NCBI GenBank assembly: GCA_964016885.1
Contig: OZ024743.1
Span: forward strand, 351,106,001 to 351,170,000
Direction of reading: 5' to 3'
Length of the DNA: 64,000 bases
From: Eledone cirrhosa
Lineage: Eukaryota
In this document: positions 13,357 to 26,487 of the stretch, one piece after another
Numbering within the stretch: position 1 is the stretch's first letter
Layout: each line of letters begins with the position of its first letter
Program-made: the position numbers and the translations under genes
The notes under the pieces: generated by a model
The model's database searches: none
The model's input: the letters and a program-made list of their open reading frames with translations, nothing else
What the model was told of the DNA's origin: nothing

Positions 13357-14221
13357 GTGTGTGGGTGTTTCTTTATTTCCACTGTTTAAGCAGACAGAGA
13401 AAGACAGTGCTTATAACCCTTTTCTGGGCTTCTGACATTGTTTTCTCAAATCGGAAGCTTGTTCTGAATGCTTACGAAGAACAGACTCCACTGGTGTTAA
13501 GCAAGGCGCAGTTTAAGTGTACTACCCAAATTGGTTATAACCAGGTTTGAACTAACGTTAATCCACTGACCTGAACTGATGGTTTATTTTATCGACTACG
13601 GAAGGAGAAAAGGCAAACTTGACTCCCTCGATGGGATTTGAACTCATGGTGAAACAAATGTGACAAGGTATTTTGTCTTACGCCTTAACGATTCTGCCGA
13701 TTTATCAGCTGTAATTGCTCCTTTACGTTCAGTGTTCAAAACGTACTAGGATTCATGTTACCTTTTATTCCTCCTTGTTCAGTAAACTAAGTATTAGTCA
13801 TGTAGTACTAAGGTGACTTAAATCGCTTGTACACTCACCAATAAACATTTATTGCTTTATGTTAATGTGGGACATCATGAATATTAAGCACTGTTGATGA
13901 AGACTTTATCATTAGCTAGTCTTGTTTCTGCATTCCTGGTGCTACTCTTTATTAACTCTTTTTTTAAATGAAGCAAAATTCCATGTTGTCTGCATGTGGG
14001 TATGAATATACATACGTATGTATATATGTGTGGCAGTAATACTTCGATTCAAAACTCAATGACTTATCAATAAATGTATAGAACTCGGGAGTAATCCCAC
14101 AATTTGAAGATGCTACAACAGTCAATTTATAGCAATAAATTTGCTTGCGATAACCATCATTGTATCTTACTACTTTTAAAAGTGGTAAACATCCTCTCAG
14201 CAATAATTTAAATTAGAATAA

Positions 14222-14640
14222 ATGCTGTTTCAGAGCTGGTTATGAAACAGGGAACATGACATTTAACTTGCGCCCAGGGCAGGAGAAGGCTCACGAACAT
14301 GAAAAAGCTCTCTAGGCAATTTTCGTTGATCTCACAAAGGATTTTGACACGGTATCTTGTGAGGCATTATGGAAGGTCTTGACACTGATTGGGGTTCTCG
14401 AACAAATGTTGAATGTCGTTATAGGAATATGAAAGCCTTTGTCATCTCAAATGTTGATCAATCACAGCTATTTGAGGTGACAAATGGTACAAATCAAGAA
14501 CGTGTGCTGGCACCGGTGTTATTTACATTGTTTTGTCTTTTTTTTGCGGTTTTGATGGATCATACCTTTGCTGATGTTACAGAAGGTGTTCCTGCGGAAT
14601 ACCGTACCAGTGGAAGAATTTATAATCAACAGCTTTAAGA
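14222..14640 (+). pseudogene. Decayed RTE/BovB-type LINE reverse transcriptase fragment
   Basis: CFRAG..M.F.LR..QEK..E...FVDLTKDFDTV...LWKVL and FEVTNGTNQERVLAPVLF...YRTSGRIYN, with stops and frameshifts. Confidence 0.85.
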
Positions 14641-15090
14641 CTAATTAATACAAGAATATCCTTTCAAATGAATGTGTACCGCTTACTCATTTATAGATTT
14701 CAAGCTTGCCTTCAAAACTGAAAATTCATGTCGTTTCCGATGGGAGATTCCATCTTGTATGTATATATGTATATATATGTATGTATTGGGGGGTGCATTT
14801 ATGTCTGTGTGTGTGAAGACATGGTTGGGCCACGCTTTCTATATATATGTATATAGAAAGGCATAGGCCGCAGAATTGTATGTACACATACACATGTGTG
14901 CGTGTGGGAGTATAGCTAAGCGTGTATGTTTGTTTACATTCTATAAAGCTGTTTGATTTAACTCCTTAATTTAGACTGTATGATGTTGTCACAAGTCACT
15001 CAGCTCAATAGTAAGAACACTCAGCCAGTATCTGAGAGATACGAAGATCGTTTCTTGGTAGCGGCTCTACACATCTATTCCGTCTCTAGG

Positions 15091-15138
<48 letters not shown>

Positions 15139-15139
15139 T

Positions 15140-15186
<47 letters not shown>

Positions 15187-15342
15187 TATATATATATATA
15201 TATACACACATACACACATATATATACACACACACACACATATATATGTGTGTGTATATATAAAGCGTTAAACTAATATATTCCTTTCATGTACTGTACC
15301 GTTTGTGTTGTTATTTCTGTTCACCTTTTATATATGCATATA

Positions 15343-15560
15343 TCCAGGGAGTGTAACGCGGAGTTATTGTTGGTTCACCCGGGTGTGGACTCGATATTTA
15401 CGTCAGTTCACGTCAGTATCGAGGTCCGACGAGCTTTTGATTCCAGAGTCGGGCTAGATCGATAGAGATCGAACCTTAAGCTGACCAGCAGCGAAACGTG
15501 CGTCACTAACCAATAAACATAATGAAGGAGTAACCATTCGTCCTTGTATTATTATGCATA
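15343..15560 (+). mobile_element. PLE-like pLTR remnant (family G), decayed HHR at 15423-15507
   Basis: GGT-CCGACGA-GCT...AGC-GAA-ACGTGCGT-C-ACT; related to 25302-25390 minus. Confidence 0.55.
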
Positions 15561-15750
15561 CGGAGGATTGGCAGTATCGGTAGAGGGTCGGACATCATGC
15601 TTTGACGCATAGAGTTACGGCCCTTGCCATTCTGAGTTCAAATCCCACCGAGGTTAACTTTGCCTTTTACCCTTACGGGGTCGATAAAATAAAGTACCAG
15701 TAAAGCACTGGGTAATTTCTGGCCTTGTGCCAAAGGTAGAAACAATTATC
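15561..15750 (+). mobile_element. SINE S1 (short variant)
   Basis: Matches the S1 consensus. Confidence 0.9.
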
Positions 15751-15825
15751 ATATATGCATATATATATGTGTATATATATATGTGTGTGTGTATATGTAT
15801 ATACTATATATATATATATAACTGA

Positions 15826-16015
15826 ATAATTGTTTCTACTTTTGGCACAGGGCCAGCAATTACCCAGTACATTACTGGTACTTTATTTTATCGACCCCAT
15901 AAAGATGAAAGGCAAAGTCAACCTCGACGAGATTTGAACTCAGACCGTAAAAGGACATAACTATGCTAGAAAGCATGGCGTCCAACCCTCTCCTGATACT
16001 GCTAATTCACCGCCC
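15826..16015 (-). mobile_element. SINE S1 (short variant), inverted relative to 15561-15750
   Basis: Matches the S1 consensus. Confidence 0.9.
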
Positions 16016-16249
16016 TGAATAATGTGTGTGCATTTGTGTAAGTATTTACGTACGTATGTGTGTGAGTGTGTATGAATGTATAAACACGGTGTAATGACGT
16101 ATTATTTTACACGTGTCCAATTTATAAACGTGTTGTGGGAATGTAATGGAGTGTATTGAATGGTTAACACACTGCAGTTACGTTTACATATATTATAGTG
16201 TGGCAGAGAACTAGTACAGGCGTACTGTTGTTATGTACCATACTATTGT

Positions 16250-16639
16250 TTCTGTTAGAGCTGGTAGTAATAGTAATGGAGGTGGTAGGGATGGTTGCAG
16301 CGATGTGGTAGGGATGGTTGCAGGGTTGAGAGTGATCATACTCATCATGATGATGATGATGACGATTTGGGTGCTGATGGCCGTGGTGGTCATTACGGTG
16401 GTGGTGGTGGTGGTGGTGATGATGTTGGTGTTGATGGTGGTGGTGGTGGTGGCGGCGGCGGCGGTGGTGGTGGTGGCGGCGGCGGTGGTGGTTGAATATG
16501 AGGGTGAGGGAGGTGATGGTTATAGTAGTGGTGGAGATGATGGTGGTTGTGATGGTGAAGGTGATGGTGGTGGTGATGATGGTGAGGATGTTGGTGGTTG
16601 TGGTGGTGGTGGGGGGGATTGTGATGATGCTATTACTGC

Positions 16640-16715
<76 letters not shown>

Positions 16716-16750
16716 AGTGTTTACGCTGCTGCTAGTGATGGTGGTAATAA
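16250..16750. repeat. Compound GGT/GAT/GCT trinucleotide tract
   Basis: Direct reading. Confidence 0.9.
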
Positions 16751-17212
16751 TGCGCTGATTAATACAATGGCATGGTCGAGTGTTAATAGATTTACTGCAA
16801 GATTGTGATAGATGAATTGGTGGAAGGAATGAGAGCGAGTGTAGAAGAGAAAGAGAAAGCGAAACAGAGACATATTGTGAAAGATAGCGACAGAGGAATG
16901 GAAGGAAAAGTGAAGAAGCCTTAAGTGACAAAGAAAATATTTGTAGGGAAACAGAATTAACTAAAAAAATTTAAAAAATTAACTGGTTAATAGCTATACT
17001 CTGGAGAGTAATACAAATATAAATTAGCGAGGATTGTATTTCGGCTATTGGAAATTAGCGAAAGACACCTTCCGAGAAGTGAGGCAAGCGCTCCATAGAA
17101 GCTAGTGTTCTAAAGCAACAACGTAAGTTAAAAGGCCAAACACACTGAGACGATGGTTAAACCATTATCCGCACAGCCATAGAAACGACCAAGCCATTTT
17201 CGGGTCAAACAA

Positions 17213-17303
<91 letters not shown>

Positions 17304-17635
17304 GCCGCTCCTCAATTGCTCAATAGGACAACAAACGGCTAATAATGATATATTATATATACTCGGACTATCGAAAGTTACTGCCCCACAGTCTGATCCT
17401 AACAGTTTCAGTTGCAACTGTTATTCACAGTAATTATGTAACTTTTGTAGACATTACATAAGGAGTGGTGGGTTGTCATCAGTGGATGTTCGTGCAACCT
17501 CAAAACGGAAACGTTATCGATATTAGCACATCAGTGCTTGATGCCTGTCATAAAATGAAGCAGTTTCAACACATAGTGTGTGTGTGCATGTGTTTACATG
17601 TACACACACACATGTATAAGTGAATGTATATACAT

Positions 17636-17734
<99 letters not shown>

Positions 17735-17950
17735 TGTGTGTGATTAGGCCCAGAACCACTAGAAGTATTGCAAAGGCACCCATTCGAACCCATTCTTTTC
17801 CAGGTTTAAGCAACATCGATTACTTTTAGAGAAACGGAGATAAGATTTGAACTGGTACTTTATTTATTGAACCCGATGCACAGAGAATATATATGTCGGA
17901 TTAAAAAAATACATATTTACGACATTTAAGACAAATAATATACTGCTGAT

Positions 17951-18037
<87 letters not shown>

Positions 18038-18041
<4 letters not shown>

Positions 18042-18140
18042 GAAACGTGAAGATCCTCTTCCTGCTATATCAAGCGTTAACCTAATATATACCTTCCATA
18101 TACTGTACCGATTGTCTTGTTATTTCTGTTTACCATTTAC
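18038..18140 (+). mobile_element. PLE family B 3' fragment truncated inside its HHR
   Basis: Starts gtccgaaacgtgaag; matches 52903-53005. Other fragments at 15262-15330 and 44140-44255. Confidence 0.75.
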
Positions 18141-18149
18141 ATACACACA

Positions 18150-18225
<76 letters not shown>

Positions 18226-18504
18226 AAAATATGGGTGAGTAGAATACTGCTGGTTGCACATGGATAACATGTTATAAAATGAGTCCCTCATCAGTGATTT
18301 ACCAAACGATCATGGGTATTTCATCGCATTAAAAATCATATACCTCACGTTGGAGCGATAATAACTAAAATAAGTTATTAGGACAAAAGAAACGCGTAAA
18401 GCGAGTGAGACAAGTAAACAACACAGGGGGAAGCTAACCGAAGATGGAAATAAACACAAGCAACATAGTTATTCTTTCAGCATAAGATGTGTGAATATAT
18501 AAGG

Positions 18505-18968
18505 TGGAACACTGGAAGGTAATATCCGTAGTGGTAGAGCACTCAGTCCAAGGGACGAGTTAGATAGAAGTGGTTACACAACAGTTAGTGCACTATACCG
18601 AGAACAATTGTTTTACCTTCGCGGATCTTCAGCTCGGGATGTATATGGTTATAGGAATAGGAAGGACAACCGTAGAACGCGCATGCGCAGAAACTCGGTC
18701 ACTTCACACAGGCAATAGTAGACTGCGTGCGGGGGGTGTAAGGGAGATAACTGCGAAAGTCCGGAAAGTTTTTTGGTTGAAAATAAACTAAAAAAATTTT
18801 TAAATAAAATTACAAAGAATCAGTCCGGAGCCTTGTAGTTATGTAATACATGTTTGGTGACGTGTGGACAGCGTGTGAAAAATTCACTCCTCGTGTTTAG
18901 GAAATCACTATTGCGTAATCTCTTTAGGATAGTTATGGTGAACTAACTGTTGTGTAACCACTTCTATA
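18505..18968 (-). mobile_element. PLE family E remnant with inverted segments; HHR-like fold at 18598-18637
   Basis: CCGAG-CTGAAGA-T-CC(GCGAA)GG-T-AAA-ACAATTGT-T-CTCGG; inverted copy of the 3' tail at 18935-18968. Confidence 0.7.
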
Positions 18969-18999
18969 TATGTATATATATATATGCATGTATGTATGT

Positions 19000-19870
19000 A
19001 AAAGGTAAACGAAATAACAACACAATCGGTATAGTATATAAAAGGGATATATTACGTTAACGCTTGATATAGCAGGAAGAGCGTCTTAACGTTTCGGACG
19101 CTAGTCCTTCATCAGAAGAAAGAATGAGAAATAAGATAGATTAAGGGTTGGAATTGGAAAAGATGTCTTTAGATATATACAATAATCTAGAGTATTATTT
19201 TTTTGTGTGACTATATCTTTGAATTATTTAGACAGGTTTGATATATGTTGGAATAAATTCATTATTTTGTATAAGGCTATTTTTTCATTCAGTGTTTTTA
19301 TATTGCCGTTTGGTTAAAGCTATATGTATGGTTATCGTTATTTCATTTGCCAATTCGTTGCATGATTCGTTCTACTTTCTAATTTTCATCGGTTGATTTC
19401 GTTATAAATCTTTTAATTTTTAAATATATAAGTCGTTTGTTCAGCTCATATATTCCTAAAATAGTTTTTTTTTTTAAATCGCGTAATGTTTCCCATAATC
19501 AAATTCATTAACTCGTTCAGTATTAGTTTGTTTCGGGGTTATTTATTTGCTTATCATTCATTCGTTAGTCGGTTCAGTAGCTGTTATGCATCTGACTGAT
19601 GATTACATCATTCCTACATTGATTTTCTAATACTGTTGTTCAGTCTACTTCATATTATTACTTTATATTTGAAGTAGCTAAATGTTTTGATTTGAATTTG
19701 ATATCTGGTGTCTGTAATTATTTTCTGTTTTCAAAATTCAATTTATTTGTCGGAATAAGTATTAACTTACAGCCTCAATCAAGCGTCTAATAATTAAGAT
19801 TGTGGCTATCATTCTTCTGTATCAGCAACTTTCAGCTAAGCGGTTTACACTAAGAACAAAATTACGTTAT
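19000..19870 (-). mobile_element. PLE family B: pLTR with HHR (19084-19119) preceded by a decayed ORF end
   Basis: TCTT-CTGATGA-A-GGAC(TAGC)GTCC-GAA-ACGT-T-AAGA; upstream vestiges ELANEI and LNEKIAL resemble PLE endonuclease ends (weak). Confidence 0.7.
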
Positions 19871-19931
19871 CAGGTTTGCAATATATATACATATATATAG
19901 ATACATACATATGTGTGTGTACAATAACAAC

Positions 19932-20201
<270 letters not shown>

Positions 20202-20213
20202 TATATATATATA

Positions 20214-20292
<79 letters not shown>

Positions 20293-20414
20293 TTATTTAT
20301 ATATATATGCATATATATATGCATATATATATAGCGCCACATACTTGAGGGAACAACCTGTTGTGTACAGTAAATCACTATACTTTACAAATTCTCTTGT
20401 TTGTGGAACAAAAT

Positions 20415-20538
<124 letters not shown>

Positions 20539-20769
20539 TGTGTGTGTGTGTGTCGTTTCCTTCGTTTAAAAACAGAGAAGACCAAGTTCAAGTGAGTACT
20601 CGATACAAGTGATATATTTGTAGCAGGAGTTTCTGAGGAGAAAATCCCATATATAGTACGTATTTGTGTGAGTGTGCGGCTGTGCGCGTTTGTGCATGTG
20701 TATGTGTGTGTGTATATGCGTTTGTGTGTGTATGTGTATATGCGTTTGTGTGGGTATGTGTGCGTGCGT

Positions 20770-20842
<73 letters not shown>

Positions 20843-21338
20843 TGTGTGTGTGTGCATGTGTGTGTGTGCATGTGTGTGTAAATATGGCGGTATAGACAAA
20901 TATGTAATTTTTTGTGACTACATATAAATACCTTTTAAGATCTTTACATTTAATGCTATCAAAGAAATTATTTTGCTCGACAGGAAATCTAGCAATTCTG
21001 CTAAAATGTCTTTCAGCAAAGTTCCCATAGATATAATACCTTTAATCTCGATATTGGTCGAGCTCGTAACGGTTATCTCTTTAAATATACCAAACATTCT
21101 CACATTTTTCTTCTTATTTTATTGCCCACACTGTGTCTGGTTTTTAACAATAACTTGATGGTTAAGAGTATTGATATATGTCAACACACACACATACACA
21201 CACATGTATATATATATATATATGAGTGTGCGTGCGTGTGTGTATGTGCGTCTGTATATTTGTGTGTGTTTTAGGGCTGCATCGACTAATCGACAGATAA
21301 TCAGTATCTGCCATACCACCGTTATGTTTTTTTTATTA

Positions 21339-21530
21339 CGGTGGAATGGCAGTGTCGGTAGAGGGTCGGACGCCATGCTTTGACGTATAGAGTTACGGCC
21401 CTTGCCATTCTGAGTTCAAATCCCGCCGAGGTTAACTTTGCATTTCATCCTTACGGGGTCGATAAAATAAAGTACCAGTAATGTACTGGTTAATTGCTGG
21501 CCTTGTGCCAAAAGTAGAAACAATTATTAT
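21339..21530 (+). mobile_element. SINE S1 (short variant)
   Basis: Matches the S1 consensus. Confidence 0.9.
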
Positions 21531-21870
21531 TACTGATAGGCTCCTGTTGTGGAGCAAAAAGACGATGAGTAACAGAAAAATTCGGCAAACACATTGAAGT
21601 CAACATATAGAAATTCATAAGAAACATATTATTTTTTAAGCTCACCAATGTAATAAAACTTTTTATGTAGTGCTCGAAGGCGCTAATCGGCACAACTATA
21701 AATTACTAGCGACTGCCAAGTGAGCGTAATTCTCTGTAAACTATATGGTTTCAATTAGAAGAGAAACCTTCCTACTAACCTCAGGGGATATGTAAATAAT
21801 TTATCTTTTAATAAATTTTGAAATTATAAATATTCCGATTAGATGGTTATTTAAAGATATTCAAAAATGT

Positions 21871-22141
21871 GCAGAAATGCAATAGGATAGCTTATAAAAT
21901 AGGATGAACACCCTTCAGTCTCTTTGTCTGCCTGCTGACATCTGGAAGCTATTGTCCAGCTCTCTAGTTAAAATTGACGAGAAGGATTTCGTCATGACTC
22001 CTTAGCTTAACGGTTAAAGCGTCTATCTGGTGTGTGAAATATATGGGATTCAATTCCACATAGCGGCCGATGGCAACTTCTTTTTTCCGTTTTTTAAGGG
22101 TGTTCACCCTATTTTATAAGCTATGTTTATAGCATTTCTGC
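21871..22141 (+). mobile_element. tRNA-like head (21997-22057) enclosed by ~45-bp inverted repeats
   Basis: A box tagcttaacgg, B box ggattcaattcc; 21871-21915 is the reverse complement of 22097-22141 with a few mismatches. Confidence 0.6.
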
Positions 22142-22586
22142 GCTTTAGCACTTTTTTTATACTTTTATAGATACAAATATTCTCAGCCGAAAATACGGCT
22201 ACGTACATTATATTAAAAAATGTTTCTGTTATAATAATTCCTATTGTCGTTGCTTATTCAAACAAGAATATTATCTAAAGATCAAATTTAAGTTCTTGAA
22301 AATTATAATTTCTCCATTTTCTGAGCCTAGCTGTGTTTTGCAGGCTTGGATATTTTCCCTCATGCGGTAAAATCAGCCACATTTTGACATCATGTGCACT
22401 CAAATAGTAACTCCATAATTTTTCATTATGAAATATTATATTGTTTTACTTATAATTATGTGTAATACGCATTTTGACATCACAATCATAATTACATTAT
22501 AGATCATTGACGGTCGATTATTCGATATTGGCCGATAATTGACCGTTTAATCGTTATTCAACCGATTTTTTATCGGTCCATCCCTA

Positions 22587-22631
<45 letters not shown>

Positions 22632-22914
22632 CGTGTGTGTTGTGAACGGGGAATAATGTTTTTGAAATAACAAACTGAATGAGACAAAAAGTCATTAGTT
22701 TGAATGAAAATTTGTTCTCATAAGGATCAAATGAATTAACTGTCGAAATTTTAATCATGCAAGAATTTTATTTCTATTAAGGCATGAAGGAGGTGTGTAA
22801 GTTTTAATTTTGAGCCCCACAGTGATAACTCCGGACTTGTTATTGAACAACTTCAGTGCAACATAGTAGAATCAATGACTGCCACGATCACAGAACAAGT
22901 AATATAAGTATGTT

Positions 22915-23067
22915 TTGAGACAAGAACATTCACTGACCAGGCTGATTAAAAGATAGTTTCCATTTATTAATATTATTGATATTATACTCCAGAAGAAAAC
23001 TGTAGAGTACTTCTAATCTGTTATAAACTAAATGTGTTGAATAACCAACAAATTAAATAACTCAATG

Positions 23068-23132
<65 letters not shown>

Positions 23133-23355
23133 CAAAGAGATATTTAATTTGTTGGTAATTCCACAAATATATTTATAACAGATTCGAAACAGAACCTGAA
23201 CTGTTAAGGTCTGATTACTGGGTATGTCATTATTTATAAAACAAATTTTGTATTTTATCTGATGAGAGCGTACTAAAGTTTTGGTACCCTTGAAATATAT
23301 ATAATAGAATAAATATGGTTTTATAAATATAGTTTCCATTTATTAATATCATTGA
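22915..23355 (+). mobile_element. PLE family F remnants on both sides of a (TA)n tract
   Basis: Tail 23008-23070 is inverted at 23131-23190; homologous to 23889-24330. Confidence 0.7.
23251..23311 (+). ncRNA. Minimal type I hammerhead (family F)
   Basis: TATTTTAT-CTGATGA-GAGCGTAC..GTACCCTT-GAA-ATATATAT-A-ATAGAATA; 8-bp stem I, palindromic stem III, cut after 23303. Confidence 0.8.
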
Positions 23356-23387
23356 TATATATACTGTACATATATATATATATATTT

Positions 23388-23580
23388 AGAAGTTAAACAG
23401 ATATAACAACACAATCGGTACAGTATATGGAACGAATATATTAGGTTAACGCTTGAAATAGCAGGAAGAAGGTCTTAACGTTTCAGACGCTAATCCTTCA
23501 TCGGAAGAAAGAATGAGAAATTAGATAGATTGAAGGAACAGGCGGGGTGGAATTGGGAAAATGTCTTTAGATAAAAATTA
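23388..23580 (-). mobile_element. PLE family B pLTR, HHR core mutated (CCGATGA)
   Basis: Matches 19000-19180 and 52790-53008. Confidence 0.8.
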
Positions 23581-23598
23581 CAGGTCCATTCATGTTGC

Positions 23599-23674
<76 letters not shown>

Positions 23675-23818
23675 CAGAGGTAGATAGATAGATAAAAATA
23701 CTTATATAAACATCCTTCTACATATATATATAGATATATGTATGTGTGTGTCTAATAAACTTGTAAACATGCAGGTGAAACGCTAGAGTAACAGGACACT
23801 GACTCGGCCTTAATAAAG

Positions 23819-23852
<34 letters not shown>

Positions 23853-23888
23853 CTTTATTAAGGCCGAGTATATGTATATATATATATA

Positions 23889-24329
23889 TTATTCAAAATA
23901 TTAATAAATGAAAAATATTCTCATAATCAAAATATATATTTTATTATACATATTTCAAAGGTACAATGGTGTCTAAGAACGTTTTCATCAGATAAAATAT
24001 ATAAGAGATTTGATATGCGACGTACCGCTACGGTTTTGATTATTCAATTCCAATAGTGGCAGTCACTATTGGAATTGAATAATCAAAACCGTAGCGGTAC
24101 GTCGCATATCAAATCTCTTATATATTTTATCTGATAAAAACATACTTAAACACCATTGTACCTTTGAAATATGTATAATAAAATATATATTTTGACTATG
24201 AGAATATTTTTCATTTATTAATAATATTTTGAATAATATTAAGTACTCCAGAAAAATTGGTTGTCGAGTGCTTCTAATCTATTGTAAAATTGTATTCGTT
24301 GAATAATCAACGAACCATATAAACTTTGG

Positions 24330-24330
<1 letters not shown>
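23889..24330 (+). mobile_element. PLE family F fold-back: ~170-bp-arm hairpin (apex ~24060) plus ~90-nt tail
   Basis: Near-perfect inverted repeat; HHR in each arm (23938-23998 minus with canonical core; 24124-24184 plus with CTGATAA). Confidence 0.85.
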
Positions 24331-24377
<47 letters not shown>

Positions 24378-24938
24378 ATATATATAAAAAATATGTATAT
24401 ATATTTATACAAATATGTTTATATATTCACACACGCACAGACACACAAACACTAACACACACACACATACGAACACACATGCAAACAGACATACACACAC
24501 AACGCTGTTTAAAAACATGAGTTGCGTTGTGACGTGTGATACTTCAAAGTTGTTCAGTTGTTAAGTTGTTCAATGTTTTCACGGTAGACTTATCAACCAT
24601 TACCGGTGTACAGCTGGAAAATGTTGACTCAAAATACACGTGCACTACTTTAAGTATTTACTTAACCCAGGTGGAGCAGGAGAGGTACAGCTAAAATAGA
24701 AAGCTGATAAAAGTAGATTCCAGAGAGGATAGAATACGTTTCTGAAGGAATCTGTACCAATAGAGACCTGATAATGTCGACTATGGAATAGCAATAATTT
24801 TATTCATTCATTTTAATAGATTACTGTGTGTTTGTGCGTGTGTGGGAGGGGGGGGGGGGGTTTCAAATATTTTTCGTTTGTGTGTGCATGTTTGTGTGTT
24901 TGTATGTCTGTATGTTTGTGTATATGTGTGTATGACAT

Positions 24939-24997
<59 letters not shown>

Positions 24998-25044
24998 TGT
25001 AATAATCAACATAAGATAATTATTTTATTTATAGTCTTTAAAAA

Positions 25045-25092
<48 letters not shown>

Positions 25093-25095
<3 letters not shown>

Positions 25096-25610
25096 CAGGG
25101 TAATGGTGCGTAGCGTTTAGTTACTATTGGTTCACCAGTCTGAGCATTGAACGGTAATTTGGGTCCGACTGCTGATGTGATATTCTACGCTTGGTATTTC
25201 ATTGGTATTTCACGGTTGTCGGTATCCTTAAGAAGCACAGTGTTAATAATATCAATAATAAGGAACAGGAACGAAGTATCAATATGACAACATTATGTGC
25301 ACACATGACAGGCGTTTCACGATCGCTCGGCTCAAGTACGATCTGTAGTGACGCACCCGACTTTGAAATCGAATGCTCATTAGACTTGTGGATTCTCGAA
25401 TGACTAGATATCTGTACCGCAATGTTATATATATACCTAAGGCGTTGACAATTCATATTCAATTGTGGTGCCAGAGTATCCCTTGGAGTTCATTGTTAGT
25501 TGGTGTGTATTATCGTTTTTTAGCCGTGTCGGCGACTCATTAGTAGTTGTATTATTGTAGAACAAAAAATGATAGAAGGAAGAGAGAAAGGAAGAATTGT
25601 ACATACTGGC
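25093..25610 (-). mobile_element. PLE-like remnant (family G) between (TA)n tracts
   Basis: Decayed HHR at 25302-25390 (CTAATGA...GAAACGCCTGTC); shares gagc.tt.gatt.ca.agtcggg with 15431-15453. Confidence 0.5.
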
Positions 25611-25709
25611 GATATATATATATATATATACCTGTATGTTACTGAATATAAGCATAATATACATTTGTATATTTATATTTGTATGTATCTAAAAAAGAGT
25701 CTAAAGTGT

Positions 25710-25950
25710 CTTAAGCCAGGAGGCTCATTTGGCCGGTGCTTATGCCGGTTTCATGGCATGAAGCAACTGAGAGTACAACAGGACAGGACGCCAGTCCATC
25801 GCAGGGTTCAACCCCCAGCTATTGCTGGTACTCACTTTCAGATGAGTATACTGGAGCAACGTGAAATCAAGTGTTTTGCTCAAGAACACAACACGAAACC
25901 CAGGAATCATGATGATCGTGGCCTAGTGAGTCCAACACTTACCACTAGGT
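25710..25950 (-). mobile_element. tRNA-derived SINE (family S3)
   Basis: Reverse complement gives a tRNA-like head, CORE-like gtgttcttgagcaaaacact and a cctgcgatggactggcgtcc body. Confidence 0.75.
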
Positions 25951-25959
25951 GTGTGTGTG

Positions 25960-25998
<39 letters not shown>

Positions 25999-26236
25999 TG
26001 TAAGTATATATCTATATATATATATGTGTATATGTGTATTTGTGTATGCATGTGTGTGTCTGTTACATTGGAACAATACACATCTTATGTATGTTACTAT
26101 CCAAAGCCTACTCCAAAAGAAATGACGATGGTGGTTGGCGTCTTTTGTTATGGCTTACTGAGTTACACAATTAATTCAATGATCCTTTACTACCTCCTGC
26201 AATACAACACAAGAAATCAACTCAATCGTCATTTCA

Positions 26237-26487
26237 TATCGGTCGCTCTCTGACAGGTTTGCGGTCGAGCCCGTGGCAGTGGAGACATCTAGTGTCCTTT
26301 GCCGTAGGGCCACCTTCCTGCTCACTACCATCGGCACAGAGTTGGCTACCCGCAGGTGTGAGTCTCGCGAGCTAGAATGACTTTTCCAGTGCGTCGCCCT
26401 CACCATCCTCCGAGGAAACGCCTTCTCTATCCTATCCGCCGGGGCCACGGGGCGGTCAGCGCGTGGGTCCCCCATTTGCTCATAATA
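26237..26487 (+). pseudogene. CRE-clade non-LTR retrotransposon, restriction-like endonuclease C-terminus
   Basis: YRSLSDRFAVEPVAVETSSV...IG...E*LFQCVALTILRGNAFSIL fits the CRE-type P.A.ET.G / QR.S..I.RGNA pattern; one stop codon. Confidence 0.8.

Larger units (their letters stand above)
21272..22586. mobile_element. Possible non-autonomous hAT-type DNA transposon carrying nested inserts
   Basis: Ends TAGGGCTGCATCGA ... TCGGTCCATCCCTA with subterminal AATCG/CGATT motifs; no clear TSD. Confidence 0.4.

Noticed and set aside
16164-16931. His/Thr/Gly-rich ORFs, and all poly-YI/HT/CV ORFs
   Set aside because: Microsatellite translation artefacts.
17130-18300. Further hammerhead candidates at ~17140+ and ~18265-18295 minus (also ~28300 minus and ~41950 minus)
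   Set aside because: Only half of the core or no stem I could be paired; too decayed to call.
21997-22070. tRNA gene
   Set aside because: A and B boxes are present but I could not build a convincing cloverleaf; treated as a SINE-like head. The same applies to 4955 and the S1 heads.
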